Made by a program: the position numbers and the translations under genes. From Thermoplasmatota archaeon (GTDB lineage: Archaea; Thermoplasmatota; E2; DHVEG-1), in the NCBI GenBank assembly GCA_030616985.1, contig JAUWWG010000001.1:1-51633 (forward strand): a DNA stretch of 51,633 nt, read 5' to 3'. Under the pieces are notes generated by a model. The model ran no database searches and was not told where the DNA came from. It saw only the letters and a program-made list of their open reading frames with translations. Position 1 is the first letter of the stretch; each line of letters opens with the position of its first letter. This document shows, in pieces, positions 29,967 to 38,422 of the stretch.

Positions 29967-30188
29967 CTATTCAATTTCAAAACAGTCAAGGATTCTTTTT
30001 GCTTTTTCCATCGCTTCTTTTGGTCTCATTCCCTCTTCCGTATATTCCAAAAATAGATCATGTAGCTCCTTCTTGTATTCATCTGATTTTTCATTTTTTC
30101 TGTAAGTAAAAAAGTAGCATGATATATCCTGTATCCATTCAGGATCGTTTCCCTTTTTACCCAGTAAAAATTTCTTTTCCATCTTCAT
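29967..30188 (-). CDS. Hypothetical small protein (73 aa)
   Basis: ORF only. The ATG lies ~22 nt downstream of a TATA box (near-leaderless), and it is the first gene behind conserved-element promoter copy 1. Confidence 0.5.
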   Translation of the reverse strand: MKMEKKFLLGKKGNDPEWIQDISCYFFTYRKNEKSDEYKKELHDLFLEYTEEGMRPKEAMEKAKRILDCFEIE

Positions 30189-30210
30189 ATGTTATACTCT
30201 GTTACAAATA

Positions 30211-30244
30211 CTATATAAAATATCTGTGACAAAATGTCAAAATG
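30211..30244 (-). promoter_or_regulatory. TATA box plus conserved 19-nt upstream element (copy 1)
   Basis: Plus strand reads CTATATAAAA-TATCT-GTGACAAAATGTCAAAATG. On the minus strand this is element, 5 nt, TTTTATATAG, ~22 nt, ATG of 29967..30188. Confidence 0.6.
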
Positions 30245-30285
30245 AAAAAATGTTTAACCAATGATGAGAAGGGCAGAACAGATAG

Positions 30286-30522
30286 TTATTTTTCTTTTAT
30301 TGGTGGTCTCACTAGCAACCAGTAAATCCATGCAAACGGGATGAACCATGAAACAATTGTCCATATGCCTGGATGTGATTCTCCACGCTTACTGGCATCA
30401 AAATATACATAGATTGGCATTACACACCATAATATAACTGTAATAATAGTAATTTCTCCAATAAACATCATAGTCAGCGATATATGATTTAACGTTCTAG
30501 TTATAAACAGATTGTTATACAA
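30286..30522 (-). CDS. Small membrane protein, PLD-N-terminal-domain-like (78 aa)
   Basis: Two TM helices. FDASKRGES...WTIVSWFIPFAWIYWLLVRP resembles the short PLDc_N/cardiolipin-synthase-N-terminal membrane domain pattern. Confidence 0.5.
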   Translation of the reverse strand: MYNNLFITRTLNHISLTMMFIGEITIITVILWCVMPIYVYFDASKRGESHPGIWTIVSWFIPFAWIYWLLVRPPIKEK

Positions 30523-30616
30523 CTATTGTCAAGAATCATTACAGTTCTTACAAGCTAATGTCATTAAATTTGCACACAAAGATTCTCAGAGATTCGCAAG
30601 TAAATCATCTTTATCT

Positions 30617-31279
30617 CTACATGTCAACGATCCTTTGTTTACTTGAGATGGTGCTGATTTTGCGATCTTTATCATGCAGATGCTGGATCCTAGCAGTAGA
30701 AATCGCATTCTTTACTGCAAGTATTATCCTTAATATCCATTCGACCAGTGTGATAAGAATAATAAACTGAATACATAAGTTAAAGAATTCGGGTAGTAAA
30801 TATATCTTGTTGATTATTTCTTCAAAACTGAAATATGTTGGAGTAACTAAGAATAAACCCAACAATGCAAATGGGAGCATTTTTGCCACATCTTTTGAAA
30901 GATTTCTACTATAATACGCCGTGATTCTAATGGCAACGATTACTGCAAATGATGTCGAAAGAACAGCCAGTATTTCATAGTCCCGAGTCAAGAAAAGCAT
31001 CATCAAGGAAAATCCCAAGAAGAAAAGAAACGCAATAAAAGGAAATACAAAAAAATATTTCAGGAATCCAACTACTTTTGGATGAGATACAGAATGAATT
31101 GTAAGACAATCTCTCCGAGCAATAAAACGATAAAAATGCCATATCACAATCGAATAAATTGCAATTGATATTATCAGATAGAATATGGGTAAAAAAACTG
31201 ATGGATCACCACTTAAAATGCTCTTAAGTGAAAAGGTTGAGGTTAAATCTGAAAAATTTTCAAACGCCATTTTTTCCAC
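30617..31279 (-). CDS. Hypothetical polytopic membrane protein (220 aa)
   Basis: GGAGTGG SD upstream and ~6 hydrophobic segments, with no recognisable family motif. Confidence 0.6.
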   Translation of the reverse strand: MEKMAFENFSDLTSTFSLKSILSGDPSVFLPIFYLIISIAIYSIVIWHFYRFIARRDCLTIHSVSHPKVVGFLKYFFVFPFIAFLFFLGFSLMMLFLTRDYEILAVLSTSFAVIVAIRITAYYSRNLSKDVAKMLPFALLGLFLVTPTYFSFEEIINKIYLLPEFFNLCIQFIILITLVEWILRIILAVKNAISTARIQHLHDKDRKISTISSKQRIVDM

Positions 31280-31338
31280 TCCTGCTTTAAAATTATATCT
31301 TGCTTTATGCGAGGTGCTCTAAATCTCCTTAAAAAAAT

Positions 31339-31473
31339 TTATTTTTCTAACAACCCATTCCAAAAGGAAAATAATTCTTTGTTCAGATCTGTCTTCCACT
31401 GCATAAAATCAAAATCACCATCAGGCACATCCCGTTCATTGTTCCTGAATTTTACCGCCTCAGTATCTAACAT
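31339..31473 (-). CDS. Small ORF candidate (44 aa), not in the ORF track
   Basis: Hand translation gives MLDTEAVKFRNNERDVPDGDFDFMQWKTDLNKELFSFWNGLLEK. It is the first ORF of any length behind conserved-element promoter copy 2 and ends 60 nt before the membrane-protein gene. The RBS is weak. Confidence 0.25.
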   Translation of the reverse strand: MLDTEAVKFRNNERDVPDGDFDFMQWKTDLNKELFSFWNGLLEK

Positions 31474-31542
31474 TGTCTTTCTTCCATCCTTCAATCTTAC
31501 CACCTACTCCATATTGAGATATGATAGCATGTGTCAATATAA

Positions 31543-31576
31543 GTATATAATACTATCGTGGCAAAATGCCAAAATG
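31543..31576 (-). promoter_or_regulatory. TATA box plus conserved 19-nt upstream element (copy 2)
   Basis: Plus strand reads GTATATAATA-CTATC-GTGGCAAAATGCCAAAATG, with the same order and the same 5-nt spacer as copies 1 and 3. Confidence 0.55.
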
Positions 31577-31711
31577 GAAAAACACATTCTTTGAACCATA
31601 TCTATTGTTAAAAGTATAACATGAAATCAATCCAAAAAACATCCTTTTAACATATTAGTAGAGCAATTTCAATTTGAAAAACGAAGGGTCTAGCTTGGGA
31701 GGAAAAACAAT

Positions 31712-31852
31712 ATGAAAAAGAATTGTTGCAAAAATCATTTGTTTTTCACTAGACCCTGTAGATGGCAGTATATATATCTAGTAAATAAACTTATTGCACA
31801 TAGTAATGTGAAAATGTCTCAAAAACCCGTTCACTCTTGCGCACCATCATAA
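31712..31852 (+). CDS. Cys-rich small ORF candidate (46 aa), not in the ORF track
   Basis: GGGAGG lies 9 nt upstream of the ATG. Translation: MKKNCCKNHLFFTRPCRWQYIYLVNKLIAHSNVKMSQKPVHSCAPS. It has no homology support and could be chance in AT-rich DNA. Confidence 0.2.
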   Translation: MKKNCCKNHLFFTRPCRWQYIYLVNKLIAHSNVKMSQKPVHSCAPS

Positions 31853-32052
31853 ATTATAAGTACAAACATGCATTTGTGATAGAAAGTGTGTTATCAATAA
31901 AGCCATTGAAATGGTATATAAACAGAGCGATATAACACTACCAGCGGAAGTATTTGCAAAAGCAGAGAGAAGTGCAGAGAAAGAAGATCAGTCTTTATCA
32001 AATGGGTTAAGAGATGCATAGAGATCTATAAAGAATAAGGAGGGGAAAAATA

Positions 32053-32736
32053 ATGAAAAAGGAAAAGACGGAAAAGGGGATAAAAAGAAATATTGGAGTT
32101 GCTGTAATAATAATTGTAAGCATTGTCATAATTATTTCTTCTGCTGTAACATACCTATTCTACCAACAAACATACCAAACTGAAATCAACAATATAAAAA
32201 CAGATTACGAAAATCAAATATCAGATTTAAACTTACAAATAGACAATCACTTAGAATTTGAAAGATTCGTTTTAGATGCTGGAAAACAACTTGATTTTGC
32301 ATTTTTAAATGAAGGTCTTGCAGGAACATTCTATAGCGAAGCCGTCAAACAGTACAATATAAGCAATTTTAATTTAGCGGAAAAATATTACGGCTATGCT
32401 GCTCTTTATTACACTTATGCACGAGACCCATATTTTAATTCAAAAACACTATTTTTAGAAGCGGAAAAACATTCTACAAATCAAAATGAATTAGATATAA
32501 TAGATAAATATCTTGAATATATAAGAATATCAGATGATATTTTACTAATCAGTTACAATAGATGTTATAATTTTTCATTGGCATGTTATTACTATAACAT
32601 TAGTGATTATACCTCAGGTAATGAATATTTAAACCATGCAAACTCTTTATTAAACGAATACAACAATTTAATTAATGCTTATACTAAGTTAAATTCGGAT
32701 ATTGAATCTATTTTAAAAGAATCCTGGGAGATTTAA
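32053..32736 (+). CDS. Hypothetical N-terminally anchored protein (227 aa)
   Basis: GGAGGGG SD upstream. Single N-terminal TM (IGVAVIIIVSIVIIISSAVTYLF) and a Tyr/Asn-rich helical ectodomain. Confidence 0.55.
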   Translation: MKKEKTEKGIKRNIGVAVIIIVSIVIIISSAVTYLFYQQTYQTEINNIKTDYENQISDLNLQIDNHLEFERFVLDAGKQLDFAFLNEGLAGTFYSEAVKQYNISNFNLAEKYYGYAALYYTYARDPYFNSKTLFLEAEKHSTNQNELDIIDKYLEYIRISDDILLISYNRCYNFSLACYYYNISDYTSGNEYLNHANSLLNEYNNLINAYTKLNSDIESILKESWEI

Positions 32737-32868
32737 CTATAACTTTTCTCTTATCCGTTCTTATCTTTACCGCAATCACTACCGTTTATCGAAATTGTGA
32801 TATAAAAGACGGTTTTTAGGTTATTTTGGCATCACATTCTATTTATGAAACTGAATAATAATATCTAG

Positions 32869-32941
32869 TGCCGCGGGAGGGACTTGAACCCCCGGCATCA
32901 CGGTCTTCAGCCGTGCACTCTCCCAACTGAGTTACCGCGGC
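32869..32941 (-). tRNA. tRNA-Phe (GAA)
   Basis: The reverse complement folds as a 73-nt cloverleaf: GCCGCGG-TA-ACTC-AGTTGGGA-GAGT-G-CACGG-CTGAAGA-CCGTG-ATGCC-GGGGG-TTCAAGT-CCCTC-CCGCGGC-A. Anticodon GAA; no encoded CCA. The region is visibly GC-rich against the AT-rich background. Confidence 0.9.
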
Positions 32942-32967
32942 AAGCAGTAAAATGCGTTATAGTACTT

Positions 32968-33288
32968 TCACTCAATGGTTTTTATAATTTCCTCGGTAAC
33001 AACAGTAATATCACTTAATGTTTTTTTAAGTGATGCCATTAATTCTGACACTGCATCTGTAGTTATTGCTCCCCTAGGAGATGGCTCAATAAGTCCATCC
33101 TGCTCCAATATTCTTAGTGAGTATCTCACCATATGCTGAGGATAATCAGTAAGTTCAGATAATTTTATTATGCCCATAGGCTGGTTATCTTGTAATGTCT
33201 TGAGTACATGTATATGCCTCTTGAGTATATCAAACTCAGTCTCTATAACACTTGTAAGAACACTTCGTTCTTTCTTTACATTTTTCAT
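32968..33288 (-). CDS. Winged-helix transcriptional regulator (106 aa)
   Basis: ILKRHIHVLKTLQDNQPMGIIKLSELTDYPQHMVRYSLRILEQDGLIEPSPRG has the helix-turn-helix-wing layout of small archaeal wHTH regulators. Confidence 0.65.
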   Translation of the reverse strand: MKNVKKERSVLTSVIETEFDILKRHIHVLKTLQDNQPMGIIKLSELTDYPQHMVRYSLRILEQDGLIEPSPRGAITTDAVSELMASLKKTLSDITVVTEEIIKTIE

Positions 33289-33630
33289 TTCTTATATACC
33301 TCTAAGCTACTTACTAACGCCTGTAATCTATTACCATTATTTAAAAATCTCTATTCAAACGGTAGTCTCAACAAGCAAAATCTTGTGTCATATCACAAAT
33401 CCACAGCATATCTTCCCAAAAATTATCGAAAAAATATGGGTGCAATAATTAAAAACTCTTGAGAAAGGATTATAAATAATGATATAATTAACAATTGTTA
33501 AAAATAAATAAGACTATCGTAAAAACCAAAAAATAATATGGAACTGATTACTTGATCTAAAACAATAAGAAATCATACATAGCAGGATGAATACCTTTTT
33601 ATCCAGGATAGATATTTGAGGAGGAAATTC

Positions 33631-34941
33631 ATGAGAAAAAATATACAAAAATTAATAATCATTGCATTCCTACTCCTATTGTTACAATCTTTAATACAAC
33701 CTGTTTTAGCAGAAGAAAAAATTGTTTTAGATTTTTTTTATACCAGTAATTGTGCATCATGCGAAGAGAAACTAGTGATAATTGAAGATGGTTTTGAAAA
33801 AAATGAGACATATGACGATATACTCATCATAACCAAGAAAAACATAGCAGCAAATGAAGACTACCTTGATGAATGGAGAAACGTATACGATTACTACTCT
33901 TATCCATTTGTAGTTATAAAAAGTGGAACTAATGAGACAATCATTGGTGAGATGGACATAACCGTTGAATATGTCGGAAACGTCATCGCAACATATCTTA
34001 AGGGAGAGAAACCCAATGAGACTTCCGATGAGAACATAATAGATACCCCTTTTGGCAAGATTAATATATCTAGTCTTTCACTTCCAATCCTTACGATTAT
34101 TCTTGGCAGTCTAGATAGTTTTAATCCATGCGCATTTTTTATTCTGATTTTTCTGTTAAATCTTCTATTGTATGCTCGCTCTCGCAGGAGGATGCTCCTT
34201 ATCGGCGGTGTGTTTATCTTTTTCTCTGGACTTCTCTATGCCATATTCATGTTCATATTATTTGAAACTTTTTTACTTAATAGAGAGCATGTTGGAATAA
34301 TCACAATCATTGCAGGTAGTCTTGCACTCACCCTTGGAGTTATCAACATTAAGGATTTCTTCTTTTTCAAAAAGGGAGCTTCTCTAAGCATTCCTGATGA
34401 TAAAAAACCAGGAATATATAAACAGATGAGAAATCTTGTCAGAAACCCCAGGGTTTCAGCTGCAATTATTGGAACGATAGTATTAGCAGGAACTGTTAAT
34501 TTTTATGAGTTGTTGTGTACTCTTGGACTTCCACTTGTGTTTACCCAAAAACTAGCACTATATGATATGTCTGCAATTGAATATTATACCTACATATTTT
34601 TTTACAACGTCGTCTATGTTATTCCGCTCATAATTATTGTTTTAATTTTTGTGTTTACATTGGGAAAAAGAAAACTTACGGAATGGCACGGCCAAGTCAT
34701 GAAACTTGTCACAGGAATTATGCTATCCTCATTTGGCGTGATATTTCTGACTAATTATAAACTTTTAGAAAATGTTGTTACACCTATTTTGTTGCTTGTT
34801 TTCAGCCTCGTAACGACCGCAGTTATTTCCACCGTTTGGAAGAAATACGTTGTTAAAAAAAGAGAAATAACGCCACCTAAGTCAAAAGAAAAAGTTGAAA
34901 AATTAGAAAAAGAGATAGAATCTAAAGAAGAAACTAAATAA
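33631..34941 (+). CDS. Thioredoxin-like CxxC domain fused to a DsbD/CcdA-like thiol-disulfide transmembrane module
   Basis: The ORF track opens at TTG 33616. ATG 33631 follows GAGGAGG by 7 nt. Signal peptide; extracytoplasmic YTSNCASCEEK (CxxC); TM core with Cys-in-membrane motifs SFNPCAFFIL and YELLCTLGLP. Confidence 0.6.
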   Translation: MRKNIQKLIIIAFLLLLLQSLIQPVLAEEKIVLDFFYTSNCASCEEKLVIIEDGFEKNETYDDILIITKKNIAANEDYLDEWRNVYDYYSYPFVVIKSGTNETIIGEMDITVEYVGNVIATYLKGEKPNETSDENIIDTPFGKINISSLSLPILTIILGSLDSFNPCAFFILIFLLNLLLYARSRRRMLLIGGVFIFFSGLLYAIFMFILFETFLLNREHVGIITIIAGSLALTLGVINIKDFFFFKKGASLSIPDDKKPGIYKQMRNLVRNPRVSAAIIGTIVLAGTVNFYELLCTLGLPLVFTQKLALYDMSAIEYYTYIFFYNVVYVIPLIIIVLIFVFTLGKRKLTEWHGQVMKLVTGIMLSSFGVIFLTNYKLLENVVTPILLLVFSLVTTAVISTVWKKYVVKKREITPPKSKEKVEKLEKEIESKEETK

Positions 34942-34944
34942 TAT

Positions 34945-37900
34945 TTAGAATAAAAAGGATGGGAGTTTATCCTTTAGATTTTTTACTTTTGTTACTATTT
35001 TTCCCCTTAGTTGTGATTTTTTTGAAGTTGCCTTTATCTGTGCATTCTTTTTGTCTTGGTTCCATTTAATGAACAAAAATGAGACCAACAGAAGTATAAT
35101 TACAAGCAACGCTAAAGCAATAATCGCCGTATTGTCCGTTTGGGCAATAGAAGTAGAATCATGGCTTGCAATTTTTCCAGTTTTAATATCGTAGATATGG
35201 TCCCATTCGCCATCACCATTTTCATCTATAAGATATGTTCCATCGTTTTGTTGTTCAATATTAATTTCTCCACCAGTTGTACTGTTATAGAACATATCAT
35301 AGACTCCATCAGAATCAACGTCTTTGATGTATCCAATATCGCCAACAATGTGTACATCTATTAAGATGGCGTATTCCATGACTCCAGATTCTGTTTGACC
35401 ATCAAATGCTTTTACGGTAATTGTGTATTTTCCAGCAGCATTCCACTTATGTGTTTGTGTTGTTATCGTTTCGATTGGCAGGAAATCGGTTGTTGTCGTT
35501 TCGCCATCATCCCAGTTAAAAATATATTGTATCTCATCATTATCTTCATCAGTAGAAACTGCAACATAGCTGTATTCAGTATTCTTTATACCATTTTGTG
35601 GACCATCTACTTCAGGAGTGATAGGTGGAACGTTTGGCTTTTCCACCACAGAAACATGCGTAACATCCGTATTGTTCCCACCAGGTCCAGTTACTGTCAG
35701 GCATACAGTATATTCTCCAGCCGTCATATATACATATGTCGGAGAAATTCCAGATCCAGTATTTCCATCACCAAACTCCCAACTATAGGAAGTTATAGAA
35801 CCTGTACTTCCTGACCCGTCAAATGTTAATTCTACTCCAACATATACTCCATATGGCCCACTTCCATCAGCAGTCGGTTCTGATGGCGGAGTCTCTCCTC
35901 CATCCCCATTATCGCCACCTGATGGTTTTGATTCAACTGTAAAAGAATAAGACTTGTTGGTCCAATCAAATCCATCTGTTATGTTTACATACCAAATTAT
36001 ATTTGCATCATATGATAATAGAGTTATAAGATCACAACTAATTGTACCGTTTCCCATAGGACTAGAACTACTATTACTGTCACCAGTACTTGCTTCAATT
36101 GTCCAATTCATTAAATCTCCTTCTGAATCAGCAATATTCACACTTATCGATGACTGCTCACTATCAACGTCTGTCCCACTGTGTAAAGGATCCTCGTTTG
36201 ATTGTGAAGGTACTTGATTATTTGCGGTTGTATCATTTGCTTTAGCATACAATGAACTGTATGTGTTATCAGTCTCATTGTATGACCATGCCTGGTAGAA
36301 ATATTGAATTCCACTGTCTAATCCCGTATGTTGGTAACTGGCCTCCGTATCGTTATAAATTTCAGTACCGGCACCTCTTGACCAGTTTTCTGTAGCGTTC
36401 CACTCAATATATGTGCAATTGCTTCCATCATCTGCCCAAGTTAGATTCATCTGGAAACGGCCATCTGCACTTGCAGTGAAATTATCAGGAGTACCGAGTA
36501 TAACCTTTTCTCTTGTTTTAAAGGTAAAACATTTTCTTGTAGCAGTATAATTGTCTGTAGCATTGACCCAAACTACATACTCAGTATCATAATCTAAATC
36601 AGTTAGTGACAATTCTTTCGTCCCATTACTGTCACAATTTATACTATTTGATTGCCCATTACTACACTCCATAGTCCAGTTAAAATTGTCACCATCTGGA
36701 TCTTCAATATAAATACTCCAGACAAACGAAGGTTCTTGATCCAACGAACTATTTACAGTAGTTTGATTTTTAAAAATTGGCGGATAATTAACTGTGTTAT
36801 TGAATATACAGGTTATGAGGCACCCGTTTTTGATAACAGGAACGTTACGTAATGAAGCTATACCACCATTTGCCATGATTTGTTCCGAACAAACCAAGGC
36901 AACCGCACCCACAAACGAATAGCCATTCTGCATAGTTTCTGTAATATTAACATACGCTATTGTCTCACCAGGACTAATGACTACATTAAATACAATGCTT
37001 CCAGTACCATCTGTAAATCCAGAAGGCGACTCAACCCTCCCACCAGTTACCTCTGCAGTGAATTCCCAATCTTTTGCAGGCTCACCGTCGATGAACTTTT
37101 GAACCACTATACTTCTACTAAAAAGGAGAGCTGTCAAATTGAAAAGTACGTCGTCAAGATCAGATATATCGCAAGTAATAACATCCGTATTGACTGAAAT
37201 TACGTCTGGAGGAACTGTGGAAACATTGGATCCGGAAATTGCTTTTAAATTATCTATATTCAACTCACCACGCAAAATACCATGACCTTCAATACCAATT
37301 GATATGATTCTTATTCCATTGTTTTTTGCAGCATTTGCTGCTGCAATGGCAGCACTTATAGCCTTGCCTCGTGGCAGCGTAGGGCTACCATCCGTGATAA
37401 TAACGATTAGATCACCATCCCCAAGCATTGAATTGGCTTTGGAAATTGCTACATCCCAATTTGTGTATTCTATATCCAAGATATGTCCGATGCTGTCAAT
37501 TGCATTGTTTAGGTCTAAAGAATCATTGGTTGGTGTGAGTGAACTCACCACATGCGAATCGAAATCAATAATACCAATGTTGACTTGAGTCGAAGAGAGA
37601 AGAGGATCAACAAAACTTTCAAAAGCTGCTTTTTTAATATCTTGGAGATCACTTGAGTTTAAACTATCTGAACTATCTATCATCAAAACCATGTCTACAT
37701 CACAAGAAGTAGGCAATACGGGATTAGCCTCAAATCCAACGTAGAAATGAGCCGTTCTTATAGTCCACCAAATTATCCAATGATATTGTATCTGAATATC
37801 CCATTCACCGACCTGAGCATCAAGGGGTAATGTCCAATTAGTAGAAACCTCATTTCCATCTACCTCGTCAGATATATGTACAACCATATTATTCAGGTCC

Positions 37901-38169
37901 CTAATTCTTAATCTCATGCGACCACTTCTACCTATATTTCCATACCCATAGATTGTCTCACCTTGAGCAAAAACTGTTTTGGAAATAGAATGATTATTTT
38001 CAAATGTCCCAACAGTACTATCCATAAAGGTACCAGCTTTTGCAGGTGTCGCAAAGAGTGATATTGCTGACACTGAAGCCAACACCATTATCATTACAAA
38101 AAAACCAGCAGTAAATTTCTTAACTTTATTGTTTCTACTTTTCAGTCTGTTTTGTTTTACCATTTTCAT
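34945..38169 (-). CDS. Large anchored surface protein: VWA, Ig/FN3-like and PKD domains, C-terminal anchor cassette (1,074 aa)
   Basis: GGGAGGTGA SD; signal peptide. The VWA MIDAS motif is in DVDMVLMIDSSDSLNSSD. It has FN3-like repeats and PKD-type blocks (LTFDGSGSTGSITSYSWEFGDGNTGSG; NWDDGETT...HKWNAAGKYTITVKAFDG). The C-terminal end has DxDxDG loops, a TM helix and a Lys-rich tail. Confidence 0.85.
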   Translation of the reverse strand: MKMVKQNRLKSRNNKVKKFTAGFFVMIMVLASVSAISLFATPAKAGTFMDSTVGTFENNHSISKTVFAQGETIYGYGNIGRSGRMRLRIRDLNNMVVHISDEVDGNEVSTNWTLPLDAQVGEWDIQIQYHWIIWWTIRTAHFYVGFEANPVLPTSCDVDMVLMIDSSDSLNSSDLQDIKKAAFESFVDPLLSSTQVNIGIIDFDSHVVSSLTPTNDSLDLNNAIDSIGHILDIEYTNWDVAISKANSMLGDGDLIVIITDGSPTLPRGKAISAAIAAANAAKNNGIRIISIGIEGHGILRGELNIDNLKAISGSNVSTVPPDVISVNTDVITCDISDLDDVLFNLTALLFSRSIVVQKFIDGEPAKDWEFTAEVTGGRVESPSGFTDGTGSIVFNVVISPGETIAYVNITETMQNGYSFVGAVALVCSEQIMANGGIASLRNVPVIKNGCLITCIFNNTVNYPPIFKNQTTVNSSLDQEPSFVWSIYIEDPDGDNFNWTMECSNGQSNSINCDSNGTKELSLTDLDYDTEYVVWVNATDNYTATRKCFTFKTREKVILGTPDNFTASADGRFQMNLTWADDGSNCTYIEWNATENWSRGAGTEIYNDTEASYQHTGLDSGIQYFYQAWSYNETDNTYSSLYAKANDTTANNQVPSQSNEDPLHSGTDVDSEQSSISVNIADSEGDLMNWTIEASTGDSNSSSSPMGNGTISCDLITLLSYDANIIWYVNITDGFDWTNKSYSFTVESKPSGGDNGDGGETPPSEPTADGSGPYGVYVGVELTFDGSGSTGSITSYSWEFGDGNTGSGISPTYVYMTAGEYTVCLTVTGPGGNNTDVTHVSVVEKPNVPPITPEVDGPQNGIKNTEYSYVAVSTDEDNDEIQYIFNWDDGETTTTDFLPIETITTQTHKWNAAGKYTITVKAFDGQTESGVMEYAILIDVHIVGDIGYIKDVDSDGVYDMFYNSTTGGEINIEQQNDGTYLIDENGDGEWDHIYDIKTGKIASHDSTSIAQTDNTAIIALALLVIILLLVSFLFIKWNQDKKNAQIKATSKKSQLRGKIVTKVKNLKDKLPSFLF

Positions 38170-38422
38170 CAGTCCTCACCTCCCTTTTTGTAAGTTTGCT
38201 TATTAAGGATTTGTTGTACAATTGTTACCAGACATCCTTGACAGTTCTTTCTAAAAAACATTTCAAATGATTTTACTAAAGAGATATACGTCTTACACTA
38301 TGACTCCCCATTTGCATTTCTGCCTCAATCTCAAATTTAGACCCACATTTACAAATTACTGAAAATATAATAGAAAAAAAGGATGTCAAAGTTTAGTATT
38401 TTTACCTGAGATTTCTTGCTCT

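Noticed and set aside
28831-30268. C/D-box sRNA candidates at ATGATGT (28831) and ATGATGA (30261)
   Set aside because: A C-box-like heptamer is present, but no CTGA D/D' boxes occur at the required spacing and there is no terminal stem.
31307-31594. 95-aa plus-strand ORF
   Set aside because: It runs through the TATA box and conserved element of promoter copy 2 and overlaps the minus-strand 44-codon ORF. It has no RBS and a low-complexity sequence.
29967-32941. Integrated mobile element next to tRNA-Phe
   Set aside because: The small unknown genes beside a tRNA are suggestive. However, I found no integrase, no copy of the tRNA 3' segment (gggagggacttgaa) elsewhere in the window, and no obvious compositional break.
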